A stretch of DNA of 64,000 bases, from assembly GCA_965261735.1 (NCBI GenBank), contig OZ253470.1, forward strand, positions 1,856,001 through 1,920,000. Direction: 5' to 3'. Positions 22,227 through 32,400 of this stretch are shown piece after piece. The stretch comes from Alphaproteobacteria bacterium (GTDB lineage: Bacteria > Pseudomonadota > Alphaproteobacteria > SHVV01). The notes beneath the pieces are model-generated. The model saw nothing but the letters and a program-made list of their open reading frames with translations, made no database searches and had not been told where the DNA came from. Both the position numbers and the translations under genes were made by a program. The number at the start of each line of letters is the position of its first letter. The first letter of the stretch is position 1.

Positions 22227-23015
22227 ATGAAAACCACGGGTGAGGAGGCGATGGCGGGACGCCTCGATGGCCAAACGATGCTCGTTACCGGTGGCGGGCG
22301 CGGCTTTGGCGAGCACATGAGCCGCGCTGTCGCGGCCCTCGGCGCCAATGTCGTCATCGCCGACCTCGACGCCGACGAGGGCGGGCGCGTGGCCGGTGGT
22401 ATCGTGCAGGAGGGCGGCACCGCGATCGCCGTGGCCACGGACGTCACCGAGGCGGCGCAGGTCACCCGCATGGTCGAGGCCGCGACGGAGCGCTACGGCG
22501 CCGTCGACGTGCTCCTCAACAATGCCGGCATCGCCGGGCCCGCCGGCGACTTTGCCTCCATCGCGGCGGACGAGTGGGACCAGGCCTACGCCGTCAACGT
22601 CACCGGCTGCTTCCTGTGCGCGCAGGCGGTAATCCCGGCGATGATGGCGCGCCGCTCAGGCCACATCGTGCACATCTCGTCGGGCACCTGCCGGCCCGGC
22701 ATAAGGGCGTTCCGCGGACTCGTCTACATGTCGACCAAGTACGCGGTCGAGGGCCTCTCCTATGGCCTCGCCGTCAAGCTCGAGGAGTTCGGCATTCGCG
22801 TCAACTGCATCCGCCCCAACATTGCGGCGACCCATTTTTGGGAGGGCGTGGACAGGAGCCTGCTGGCCGGCGCACGGGTGTGGAAGCCCGACCACACGGT
22901 GGCGCCGCTGTTGCATCTGCTGACCGGAACCGAGGCCACCGGCGTGGTCGTCGACTCGGCGAACTGGCACGAGTCGCACGGCACGGCCGAAGCCTTCAGT
23001 TACGTCCACGAGTGA
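22227..23015 (+). CDS. Short-chain dehydrogenase/reductase
   Basis: TGGGRGFG, NNAGI, YMSTK (YxxxK), IRVNCIRP; true start may be ATG 22251 after GAGGAGG. Confidence 0.92.
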   Translation: MKTTGEEAMAGRLDGQTMLVTGGGRGFGEHMSRAVAALGANVVIADLDADEGGRVAGGIVQEGGTAIAVATDVTEAAQVTRMVEAATERYGAVDVLLNNAGIAGPAGDFASIAADEWDQAYAVNVTGCFLCAQAVIPAMMARRSGHIVHISSGTCRPGIRAFRGLVYMSTKYAVEGLSYGLAVKLEEFGIRVNCIRPNIAATHFWEGVDRSLLAGARVWKPDHTVAPLLHLLTGTEATGVVVDSANWHESHGTAEAFSYVHE

Positions 23016-23046
23016 GCGCCCCGGCCGCGCCGAGGGAGGGCCTCCG

Positions 23047-23868
23047 GTGATCGAGCTCTATCATTATTGGAACGCGGTGTGCGGCCAGAAGTCGCGACTG
23101 TGCGTGGTCGAAAAGGGCGTTGCGTGGACGAGCCGGCACCTCCAGATATTCAGGCAGGAGAACCTCGAGCCCGACTATCTCGCGCTCAATCCCAACGGCG
23201 TCGTTCCCACCCTGGTGCATGACGGCCGCGTCCTCGTCGAATCGAGCATCATCAACGAGTACCTCGACGACGCCTTCCCCGATCCGGCGCTCGCGCCCGC
23301 GGACCCGTACCAGCGCGCGCGCATGCGGCTGTGGAACAAGTACGTCGACAATTTCGTCCACAGCGCGACCCGGATCGCGTCCTTCAACATGATCATCAAG
23401 CCGGCCTTCGACTGGCTCTCCGAATCGGGGCTCGAGGCCGCGATAGCGCGCATCCCGACCACCGATGGCGGCGGCACGCGGGACCGGCGGCGGCGCTTTC
23501 GCGAGGGCGTGCGCGTCGGCCTCGGCGAGGCCGAGACCGCCGACAGCTTTGCCCGCCTGGAGCGCGTCCTCGACAGGATGGAGCACGATCTCGCGGCCGC
23601 GCCATGGCTCGCCGGCGAGCGCTATTCGCTGGCCGACATCAGCATGGCGCCCTATGTCCACCGCCTCGAGCAGCTCGGCAGGAGCGCATGGTGGAGTGCC
23701 GCCGTACGGCCCCGCCTCGGCGATTGGTACGCCCGCCTCAAGGCGCGGCCCGCGTTCCAGGAGGCCTTTTCCTTCTACGTCGCCGACGACCTTGGTGCCC
23801 CGTACCCGATCGGGCCCGAGATGATCTTCCTGCCCGCGGCGGTGAAGGCGCGCTACGCGCCGGGGTAA
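23047..23868 (+). CDS. Glutathione S-transferase family protein
   Basis: LNPNGVVPTL, ESSIINEYLD, WLAGERYSLADI. Confidence 0.92.
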   Translation: MIELYHYWNAVCGQKSRLCVVEKGVAWTSRHLQIFRQENLEPDYLALNPNGVVPTLVHDGRVLVESSIINEYLDDAFPDPALAPADPYQRARMRLWNKYVDNFVHSATRIASFNMIIKPAFDWLSESGLEAAIARIPTTDGGGTRDRRRRFREGVRVGLGEAETADSFARLERVLDRMEHDLAAAPWLAGERYSLADISMAPYVHRLEQLGRSAWWSAAVRPRLGDWYARLKARPAFQEAFSFYVADDLGAPYPIGPEMIFLPAAVKARYAPG

Positions 23869-23926
23869 GCGGATCGGCGGGCGCACTGGACGCCGGGGTG
23901 CGTCGGCGTTAGAACGTGCCCCTCGC

Positions 23927-24015
23927 GGAGGGGTGCCGGAGTGGTCGAACGGGGCGGTCTCGAAAACCGTTGTACCCTTTGGGTACCGTGGGTTCGAATC
24001 CCACCCCCTCCGCCA
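23927..24015 (+). tRNA. tRNA-Ser (anticodon CGA)
   Basis: GGAGGGG/CCCCTCC acceptor stem, anticodon arm GCGGT-CTCGAAA-ACCGT, long variable arm, GGTTCGAATCC, encoded CCA. Confidence 0.97.
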
Positions 24016-24315
24016 CACTTAAGCCATTGTTATAGAATGTTTTTTCAGGACTCGGGATGGATTCGAACTTGTCCCGAAACTTCCGGGGCTTACGCCTGAT
24101 ACGCCTTTCCGTCGTGGCCTAATGAGACCGGTCAGGTCCGGCCAACGGGTAGCTGATATCGCAAAAATCTCTTACGCTGGTTTTGGTGGTACGGCTAAAC
24201 AGGCGTTGGCGAGACACCGTCGGCCGGAATGTGGGTCGGATTCACACGGGAAAACATGCCGCCCCGCGCCTGGTCAACGAGGGGCCGCGGTCGAGCAAGC
24301 AACCGAGACCCTGGC

Positions 24316-26061
24316 TCAGGCGATCCCGAACCGGGCGCGCTGTTCTTCCCATGCGATTGGCAGGCGCGTGTCGCCTGCAAGCTTGTTCGCGGTCAGCTCG
24401 AGCGGATGGCGGTCCCGGAGGATGGTCTTCACGACCTCCGGCGCGAGGAAGCTGAGCCGCAGGATCCGGGTGAAGTAAGACCCACCGACGCCCGCCTCGA
24501 TGGCAAGCTCCGTCATCGTCCTGCCCCGGTTGTGCAGCACCATTTCGTGGAAGCGCTGCGCCTGGCTCAAAAGTCTGAGCAGACTGCGATCCGGGGATTT
24601 TCGTGCGCTGCCGTCCGCGCCTTCGATCAGAAGTCTGGTCTCCATTCCGGCGCGCTTAAGATGCGCCGGAACCGTGAAGGTTACGGTCAGCTCGTTGTCC
24701 CACAAAGCTGGCTCAAAGGTTTTTGGGTTGTCCTCTTCCCAAAGAATCTCCAGCAACCGGCTCGGTGCAATCCGGATTTCAAGTGTTTCCTGCGTAAGGT
24801 TGATCCGACTGACGAGACGTTCGAATATCTGGCGTTTCGTCGCCGGCTCCAGGTCCGGCCAGCGGGCGGCAAGGTCCGCGGCCAGGTCGACAACCTCCTG
24901 CCTTCTGTTCACATCATCAAAAAGCGGTTCGACAGCGTCGAAGATTTCACCCTGGCTTTTTAAGAAGACCGTAAGCCGTTCTTGTACCAACCGCTCGACA
25001 TCACTTGCCGGGACCCGTCGAGCTCTCGGCGCGGAACGCCGGATACCGCTGACCAGGGCTTGCGACACGTAATAGCGGTAGCGCGTCCCCTTCTTGTTGG
25101 CGTGGCTCGGCGTCATGCGCTGGCCGCTGTCGTCGTAAATCAACCCCGCTAGAAGGCTCGGCTCCGCGGCATGAGTGCCGGTCGCGCGGTCGATATGGTT
25201 GGCCGCCAGTTGCCGCTGCACCTCGTCCCAGAGCGCCTCGTCGACGATCGCCTCATGCTCGCCCGGATAGTGCTTGTCCTTGTGGACGATCCGGCCACGG
25301 TAGATGCGGTTCTGCAGCATCGTATAGAGCGCACCACGGGCAAGCGGGTTTCCGCCGGTCGCACGCCCGTACCTGTCGACCCGCACTTTGCTGACCACGC
25401 CATCGCGGTCAAGCTCCTCCTTGAGGGTCCAGACCGAGCCGAGCGTGGCGTATCGCCGGTAAATATGTCGGACCGTCTTGGCCTCCGCCTCGTCGATCAG
25501 AAGTTTCCGGTCCTTCACCACATAGCCGAGGGACACGTTGCCGCCCATCCACATGCCCTTCTTCTTCGAAGCCGCGATCTTGTCGCGGATGCGTTCGCCG
25601 GTGACCTCGCGCTCGAACTGGGCGAAGGAGAGCAGCATGTTGAGGGTCAACCTGCCCATCGATGTCGTGGTGTTAAACTGCTGGGTCACCGAGACGAAGG
25701 ACACGTTCCGCTTGTCGAAGATTTCCACGATCTTGGCGAAGTCACCGAGCGAGCGTGTCAGTCGATCCACCTTGTAGACGACCACAGTGTCGATCCGGTG
25801 GGCCTCGATATCCGCAAGAATCCGTTTCAGGGCGGGTCTCTCAAGGGTGCCGCCGGAGAGGCCGCCGTCATCGTACATCTCGGGCAGCGCGGTCCAGCCC
25901 TCGTGCTTCTGACTGAGGATAAAGGCTTCGCAGGATTCCCGTTGGGCATCGAGCGAGTTGAAGTCCTGCTCGAGGCCGTCCTCCGATGATTTCCGAGTGT
26001 AGATGGCGCAGCGGATTAATGCTTTGCCGTTCGTCCCCTTGCGAGTCGTGGATTTACCCAT
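24316..26061 (-). CDS. Large serine recombinase (resolvase + recombinase domain)
   Basis: CAIYTRKS, SLDAQRE, DDGGLSGGTLERPAL, VDRLTRS, FAQFERE. Confidence 0.93.
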   Translation of the reverse strand: MGKSTTRKGTNGKALIRCAIYTRKSSEDGLEQDFNSLDAQRESCEAFILSQKHEGWTALPEMYDDGGLSGGTLERPALKRILADIEAHRIDTVVVYKVDRLTRSLGDFAKIVEIFDKRNVSFVSVTQQFNTTTSMGRLTLNMLLSFAQFEREVTGERIRDKIAASKKKGMWMGGNVSLGYVVKDRKLLIDEAEAKTVRHIYRRYATLGSVWTLKEELDRDGVVSKVRVDRYGRATGGNPLARGALYTMLQNRIYRGRIVHKDKHYPGEHEAIVDEALWDEVQRQLAANHIDRATGTHAAEPSLLAGLIYDDSGQRMTPSHANKKGTRYRYYVSQALVSGIRRSAPRARRVPASDVERLVQERLTVFLKSQGEIFDAVEPLFDDVNRRQEVVDLAADLAARWPDLEPATKRQIFERLVSRINLTQETLEIRIAPSRLLEILWEEDNPKTFEPALWDNELTVTFTVPAHLKRAGMETRLLIEGADGSARKSPDRSLLRLLSQAQRFHEMVLHNRGRTMTELAIEAGVGGSYFTRILRLSFLAPEVVKTILRDRHPLELTANKLAGDTRLPIAWEEQRARFGIA

Positions 26062-26611
26062 CGCCCGCCTCCCCGATCGCGACGCCTGCCTCCGCTTTCC
26101 CGTTCAGACCAAAAAAACGCGGGCCGGACCAGTGAGCGTCGGTGATCTCGCGGGCGATCACCGACAGCGATCGCCATCGTTTGCCCTGCCATTCGAACCC
26201 GTCTTCGAGAACGATCACCGTGTGGGTTTGGCCGCGCCATTCACGCACCAGCCTCGCCCCGGGTTTCAGCCGTGCAACACGACGCCGGGCGAGGTCGCCG
26301 TCCTGTTCCATGGTCTTCGCCAGATCGGCGAGGCGCCGCTTGGTGGCTGCGCCAAGGCCGCCATAGGCCTGCTCCTGAATCTTCCAGGCGACACCAAGCA
26401 CGAGCAGATCGCGCGCCACCCGCTTCGGCGGATGGGCGCGGTAAAGCCGCCGCCATTCGACGCGCAATCCGTCGTAGGTCATACCCTCGAGAGCCCGAAG
26501 CCTGGCAGACACTGCGTCTTCGGAGCCCGCGTCACCTGGCGCGCCGTCTGCGCGCGTCGGGCTTTCTATGCGCGTCGGGCTTTCCATAGTGTGGATTTCC
26601 GTAACTGACAT
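26054..26611 (-). CDS. DUF2924 domain protein
   Basis: AWKIQEQAYGGL, PGARLVREWRG, SLSVIAREIT..HWSGPRFFG; overlaps the recombinase start. Confidence 0.85.
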   Translation of the reverse strand: MSVTEIHTMESPTRIESPTRADGAPGDAGSEDAVSARLRALEGMTYDGLRVEWRRLYRAHPPKRVARDLLVLGVAWKIQEQAYGGLGAATKRRLADLAKTMEQDGDLARRRVARLKPGARLVREWRGQTHTVIVLEDGFEWQGKRWRSLSVIAREITDAHWSGPRFFGLNGKAEAGVAIGEAGDG

Positions 26612-26614
26612 GGC

Positions 26615-26911
26615 TTACGCCTCGGCCGGTGCGAGCCGATAGGCCTTCCGTCCCACCGTCAATTCCAGACGAATGGCGAAGCCCGCTGACCGGAGCCGGC
26701 TCAGAGCGCCGTGGACCGAATGTTTCTGCCATCCCGTCGCATCGACAAGTTCCTCGATCGTCGCTCCGGCCGTTCGTTCGAGCCGGTCCACGATCAGGCC
26801 GAGCTTGCCGCTCGGGCGTCTGGCCGCATCCGATGTCGGAGTGCTCGTCGCGGCGCTCTTCTTCTTCGCACGGGTGCGCGGGCGCGTTTTGTTCGGGGTT
26901 CGCTTGGTCAT
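26615..26911 (-). CDS. DUF3489 domain (winged-helix-like) protein
   Basis: GATIEEL..ATGWQKHSVHGALS; usual partner of DUF2924 and the recombinase. Confidence 0.82.
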   Translation of the reverse strand: MTKRTPNKTRPRTRAKKKSAATSTPTSDAARRPSGKLGLIVDRLERTAGATIEELVDATGWQKHSVHGALSRLRSAGFAIRLELTVGRKAYRLAPAEA

Positions 26912-27148
26912 GGGGTGGTCCTCCGTCTCCGGCCGCGCCCCCTGCGCGGCCTCCCACCACCCCAGGCCCGGTAGGGATATGACCCCGGTCCGGGCGGGCG
27001 GAGAGCGGGGCCTGTCCCGTTCCTCGACCTGACGACAGTACCGCTTCCTTGCGCGCAGCAGTCCAGTACAAAGAGCTCGTTTGGCGCGGGTTTCTCAGAG
27101 CCTGAAGTGCTGAAAACACTCCGAAAAAACAAAGCGGTACGCAAAGCA

Positions 27149-27180
27149 TACCGTTGGTTCGAAGCCCACGCCCTCTGACA
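27149..27180 (+). repeat. Degenerate direct repeat of the tRNA-Ser 3' end (attR-like)
   Basis: 27/32 identity to 23984-24015; also followed by an AAGCTATTGATATAAATG motif similar to the one after the tRNA. Confidence 0.8.
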
Positions 27181-27314
27181 CCGCCCAAGCTATTGATATA
27201 AATGGTATAAATGCCAATTCTGCGATCCTGAATCTCCGCTATTCATCAGGGGGTTACGGGCTTCGGTCAGCGCCCTGCCGAGCGTCGAGACCCGAGCGGT
27301 GCGCGGCCATCTGC

Positions 27315-27359
27315 CTCATAACCTGAAGGTCGTTGGTTCAAATCCAACCCCCGCAACCA
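27315..27359 (+). other. 3' half of an initiator tRNA-Met gene (att-site remnant)
   Basis: CTCATAACCTGAAGGTCGTTGGTTCAAATCCAACCCCCGCAACCA covers anticodon loop to CCA; no 5' half upstream. Confidence 0.85.
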
Positions 27360-27362
27360 AAT

Positions 27363-27405
27363 AATCCCCGCTATTCCACGAGGTTAGCGGGGATTTTCTT
27401 TTTTT
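27363..27405 (+). terminator. Rho-independent terminator after the tRNA-Met fragment
   Basis: AATCCCCGCTA/TAGCGGGGATT stem followed by a T-rich run. Confidence 0.75.
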
Positions 27406-27595
27406 GGTATAGAACAGTGTTTTTCCAGGTACCACATAGGCACCGTTTTGTTTCCAAGTCGTGCGCAGCCCTGCGCAGGGTGAAAGGTAACGATTCGGTC
27501 GTGCCGTGGAGGCGGACGTGCTTCTGCGGCCGAGTAGGCGGGGGCATTGCTGCGCCCCGCCCCTCAGTTGCAGTAGGAATGCGCATTGCTGCGCA

Positions 27596-28937
27596 CCTGT
27601 GCCTCCCATTTATCTCATCCGGGGTGCATCAAGAACGCCGACCGGTCCGCCGGCACTGGTGATGGCACCATCTTCGCTGTGAGGCGGGCATAGTCATCTT
27701 CGGAAACGACGCCCACATCGATCGGCAACCGGCTTGGGGGGCCTTGCCATAGTAAGACGGATTGCTGAGGTTACGGCGACCCCGACGGCGTCAGAATCAT
27801 CGCCGCAAGCCGATTATACGATAGCCGGTGCCAGTCAGGCCGCCAACCGCTGGTACCGATGATGCAGCCCGCCGACCTGTGGAAACGCCACGATCTTCCC
27901 GGCGCCAGCCGGCTGAACCGATCGCCGTTCAGGGGTATCCTTGCCTAGCGCCAGGTGCGTGCGGGATCGCTGGTAGTAGTCGATGTACGACAAGAGTATC
28001 GCCCGCAGATGCCGTTCGTTTAGAACGATCACGTGATCCAGACACTCTCGCCTGATGGACCCGATCACGCGCTCAACGTACGGCGACTGCCACGGCGATC
28101 GCGGCGCCGTCACGACCTCTTCGATGCCCATCGCCTTTATCCGCGAACGAAAGGCAATACCGTACACACGATCCCGATCTCGGATCATATACCGTGGTGC
28201 TGTCTCCCACGGAAAGGCCTCCCGGATCTGTTGCGCGACCCACGCCGCAGTCGGGTGTGCCGTGGTGCCGATGTGAACAATCCGCCGACGCTCGTGCCGC
28301 AGCACAACGAGCACGAATAGAAGACTGAACGTCGCGGTGGGTACGACGAAGAAGTCTGTCGACGCTAGGCACCCGACGTGGTTCTCGAGGAACGTCCGCC
28401 ATGTCTGCGAAGGTGGCTTTGGATGGCGCGGCATGTACTTGGACACGGCCGCCTCGGAGACCTCGAAGCCGAGCATCCTGAGCTCACCGTGGATTCGGGG
28501 AGCGCCCCACAACGGATTCTCCCGAGACATCCGGCGGATAAGCCCTCGGAATTCGCTCGACACGGGCGGTCGTCCCGGCTTCCCCCGTCGCGACTTCCGG
28601 GTCCAGAAACGTCGGAAGCCCTTTCGATGCCAGCCGATAACCGTCTTCGGCTTGACGATCACCAGGATATCCCTCCAACCCGACCACAGCCGAGACAGGA
28701 CGACCCAGAAAAGGCGATCGGCCATCCGAAGCGATGGCCTGGCTCCTTTCCGATCTAAGGCGGCAAGCTGCTGTCGCAGGGCAAGGTTCTCAAGATGCAA
28801 CGCCGCGCGGCTGAGGAAAGCCTCACGGACCATGGCAAGGACAATTCGAATGGTCGTGCACATGTCGGAGACGCTATCCGGCACAAGCCGGGAATACTAG
28901 GATTTCTGCGGCAGATAGGATTTATGGGAGCCACAGG
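27596..28937 (-). mobile_element. IS481-like element with an rve integrase-core transposase
   Basis: Imperfect IRs CCTGTGCCTCCCATTTATC / CCTGTGGCTCCCATAAATC; no TSD seen. Confidence 0.75.
27835..28884 (-). CDS. Integrase-core (DDE) transposase
   Basis: ENPLWGAPRIHGEL, DFF, RDRD..YG, SPWQSPYVERVIGSIRRECLD, GGLHHRY. Confidence 0.9.
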   Translation of the reverse strand: MPDSVSDMCTTIRIVLAMVREAFLSRAALHLENLALRQQLAALDRKGARPSLRMADRLFWVVLSRLWSGWRDILVIVKPKTVIGWHRKGFRRFWTRKSRRGKPGRPPVSSEFRGLIRRMSRENPLWGAPRIHGELRMLGFEVSEAAVSKYMPRHPKPPSQTWRTFLENHVGCLASTDFFVVPTATFSLLFVLVVLRHERRRIVHIGTTAHPTAAWVAQQIREAFPWETAPRYMIRDRDRVYGIAFRSRIKAMGIEEVVTAPRSPWQSPYVERVIGSIRRECLDHVIVLNERHLRAILLSYIDYYQRSRTHLALGKDTPERRSVQPAGAGKIVAFPQVGGLHHRYQRLAA

Positions 28938-29042
28938 GGCTGTCCAAACGCGAGATCATGCGCTGCCTGAAGCGTTACGTGGCCCGCGAGATCTACCGCG
29001 TACTCACCGCCCCATCGAGTGCTTGACAAACATGAGAGCGTC
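28938..29042 (+). pseudogene. IS110-family transposase C-terminal remnant plus right end
   Basis: Translates GLSKREIMRCLKRYVAREIYRVL, then TTGACAAACATGAGAGCGTC, resembling an IS110 right end. Confidence 0.7.
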
Positions 29043-29425
29043 AGCCAAGACGAAGAACCGGCGCAAGATCGGCGATGGCCTGCCGATTGAGACAACTCTT
29101 TGGCTTGGTGGTACTCGCATAAAAATACCAAGGATGTGATCGCGTGGAAAGCAGTGGAAGCCATTCGGGCCCAAGTTCCAGACCCACAATGTGCCCACTG
29201 CGCCTTCGAACATGGACACCGGGACTAGGCCGGAACTGGTGGAATGCCCGACTTCGCTGGTCCGGGTCGTCGCTGTCATCGTCCCGGGATGTCGCCTGCC
29301 GGAGACGGCTGCGGGCATTCGGATTTTCGGTCGGATCGATTCGATGCGAGAATCGTGAAGGCACGGCGGACGACGTATCCGCATGAGTGCTTGCACATGG
29401 TGCGACGCTCGGCCACAACGGGGCG

Positions 29426-32400
29426 ATGACGGGAACGAACAAGAAACTGACAGCGGCAGTGGAGGCTTACTGTGCCGATCTTGGACGGGTGCGTGCCTCT
29501 GGCGGCGCGACCGGCGAACGGTCGAACTACGGGCCGCTCGCCAACCTGCTGAACGCCATCGGCGCGGCGCTCAAGCCGAAGGTATTCTGCGTCGGCGAAC
29601 TGGCAAACCAGGGCGCGGGCCATCCAGACTTCGGCCTGTATGCGGCGAAGCAGGTGCAGCGGGGTCGGCCTCGCGAAGGCCAGATACCGGAACGCGGCGT
29701 GGTCGAGGTGAAGGCGGCGGACGACGATGCCTGGCTCACGGCGGCGGGCGATCAGGTCAGCCGCTACTGGGGCCGCTACCGGCTGGTGCTCGTGACCAAC
29801 CTGCGCGACTTCGTGCTGGTCGGCGAGGACGCGGCGGGCCGCCCGGCGAAGCTTGAGACCTTCCGGCTGGCAGACAGCGCGGACGACTTCTGGCGCAAGG
29901 TGGAGAAGCCGCGCGCGTTGGCCAACGCGGCCGGTGCTGGTCTCGGCGAATATCTCGCCCGCGCCCTGTCGCACCGCGCCGCACTCTCCGAGCCGAAGGA
30001 TCTGGCTTGGCTGCTAGCATCATACGCGCGGGACGGGCTCGCGCGGGTCGAGGCGGCGGGTGATGCACCGGCACTTGCAGCGGTGCGTGGGGCGCTGGAG
30101 GACGCGCTCGGCGTCCGCTTCGAGGGCGCGCGCGGCGCACGCTTCTTCCATTCGACGCTGGTGCAGACGTTGTTCTACGGAATCTTCTCCGCGTGGGTCC
30201 TGTGGGCGCGGCAGAGTTCGACTCCGATCGGCGGGTTCGATTGGCGCACAGCGGTTTGGCACTTGCGAGCGCCGGTGCTCGCGGCCTTGTTCCAGCAATT
30301 ATCGCAGCCGGGACGGCTGCAACCGCTCGGTCTGGTCGAAGTGCTGGATTGGACCGCTTCCGCGCTCGACCGGGTGGACCGGGATGCTTTTTTCTCGCGC
30401 TTCAACGAAGGCGAGGCAGTTCCGTACTTCTACGAGCCGTTCCTCAAATCCTTCGATCCCGCGCTGCGCAAGCAACTCGGCGTTTGGTACACGCCGACGG
30501 AAGTGGTCCGCTACATGGTTGCCCGGGTTGACAAGTCGCTGAAGGACGATCTCGGTATCCCGGAGGGGCTGGCAGCGGAGAATGTTTATGTGCTCGATCC
30601 TTGCTGCGGCACTGGGGCTTATCTCGCAGAAGTGCTGCGCCGCATCGCGGCCAATCTGGAAGGACAGGGTCTCGGCGCACTTGCTGGCGCGCGGGTGAAA
30701 CAGGCGGCGACCGAACGCGTGTTCGGTTTCGAGATCATGCCCGCACCCTTCGTCGTCTCCCACTTGCAGATCGGGCTCACGATGCAGGACCTAGACGCGC
30801 CGCTCGCCGACGATGGGACCGAGCGGGCCGGCGTGTTCCTGACCAACGCCCTAACCGGCTGGGAGCCGCACACGACCAAGCCGTTGCCGTTCCCCGAGCT
30901 GGAGGAAGAGCGCGACCGCGCCGAGCGGGTAAAGCAGGAAAGGCCGATCCTCGTGATCCTCGGCAACCCGCCCTATAACGGCTTCGCAGGAATGGCGGTG
31001 GACGAGGAGCGGGAACTGTCGGAAGCATACCGCTCCACGAATCGGGTGCGGCGGCCCGAGGGCCAGGGGTTGAACGACCTCTACGTTCGCTTCTTCCGCA
31101 TGGCAGAAAGGCGTATTATCGAAAAGACTGGCCACGGCGTGGTCTGCTTCATCTCCAACTATTCCTGGCTCGACGGCCTTTCCTTCACGGGGATGCGGGA
31201 GCGGTATCTCGATGCGTTCGACGCGATTCGCATCGACTGCCTGAACGGCGACAAATACAAGACTGGCAAGGTCGCTCCGGATGGCACACCCGATCCCAGT
31301 ATCTTCTCGACGGAGGGCGATCCGGTGGGAATCCAGGTCGGGACTGCGGTCGCGACGCTGGTGCGTAAGGCGGAGCACAAGCCCGCAGACGGGGTGGATT
31401 TCCGGCACCTCTGGGGCCAAGCGAAGCCAACGGAACTGATTGCGACGGCGGAAACGGAACCGGACGCGCTCTACTCACCGATCGAACCCGTCCTGCCTCT
31501 CGGCCTTCCTTTCACGCATACGGCGGCAAGCGTTGGCTGGTTTGATTGGCCTTCTTTGCCCGAGCTGTTTCCGGCGTCGTTTCCGGGAGTAAAGACGAGC
31601 CGCGACGGGTTCCTCGTCGATACCGATCTCGACCGGCTCCGGGCGCGAATCGCGGACTACTTTGACCCCGGTCTGAGCCATGAGGACATCGCCCGATGCT
31701 ATCCGGTGGTCATGAAGACGACAGCGAGGTTCGACGCTCGCGCCGTGCGCGACGCGCTGCTGAAACGCGGTGGACCGAACGAGGCCGGTTTTGTTCCCTT
31801 CGCGTATCGGCCCTTCGACAACCGTTGGCTCTATTGGGAGAAGGACACAAAGCTGCTCGACGAGAAGCGGGCCGACTACAGGCCGCATGTGTTCGAGAGC
31901 AATCTGTGGCTTGGGTCCAGCAAGCGGGAGATTCAGGCCAATTTCACACACGGCACCTTGGTTCATGACCTTGCGAATTGGAAGTATGGTTTCTGGGGAG
32001 TCCATCTCTTCCCCGCTTGGCTCCTCGGTGACGGTCTAGACAGCAACGACGGCGCACGCCGTGCCAATCTCTCGGCGACCGCGCAACGCTATCTCGACCG
32101 ACTTGACCTGAATGTCGAAGATCTGTTCCACCATGTCCTTACCGTCATGCACGATCCCGCCTACCGCGAAGACAATGCTGGCGGATTCCGCATGGGATGG
32201 CCCCACATCCCATTACCAGGCTGGCCCGACGGTGACGCTGAAAGCGCGAAAACGGCACTCGCCCGGTCAGCAGCGCTCGGGCGCGAACTCGCTGCGCTGC
32301 TCGATCCTAATACCCCCGTTCCCGGCATTACGCAGGCACCGCTGAGGCCGGAGATCGCCACCACCGCTGTTCCCGCCACCGCCATCGGGCGCAATATGGT

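Larger units (their letters stand above)
24016..27180. mobile_element. Serine-recombinase integrative module inserted at tRNA-Ser
   Basis: Recombinase-DUF2924-DUF3489 genes lie between tRNA-Ser and a 27/32-identical copy of its 3' end. Confidence 0.7.

Noticed and set aside
104-23912. Many long overlapping or antisense ORFs (e.g. 1297-2610, 6048-7409, 16143-17186)
   Set aside because: Arg/Pro/Ala-rich shadow frames of real genes, as expected in high-GC DNA.
26552-26587. 18-bp tandem repeat in the DUF2924 gene (ESPTR twice)
   Set aside because: A two-copy in-frame duplication in a variable N-terminus, with no evidence of function.
27315-27359. Functional tRNA-Met gene
   Set aside because: The acceptor 5' strand, D arm and 5' anticodon stem are missing.
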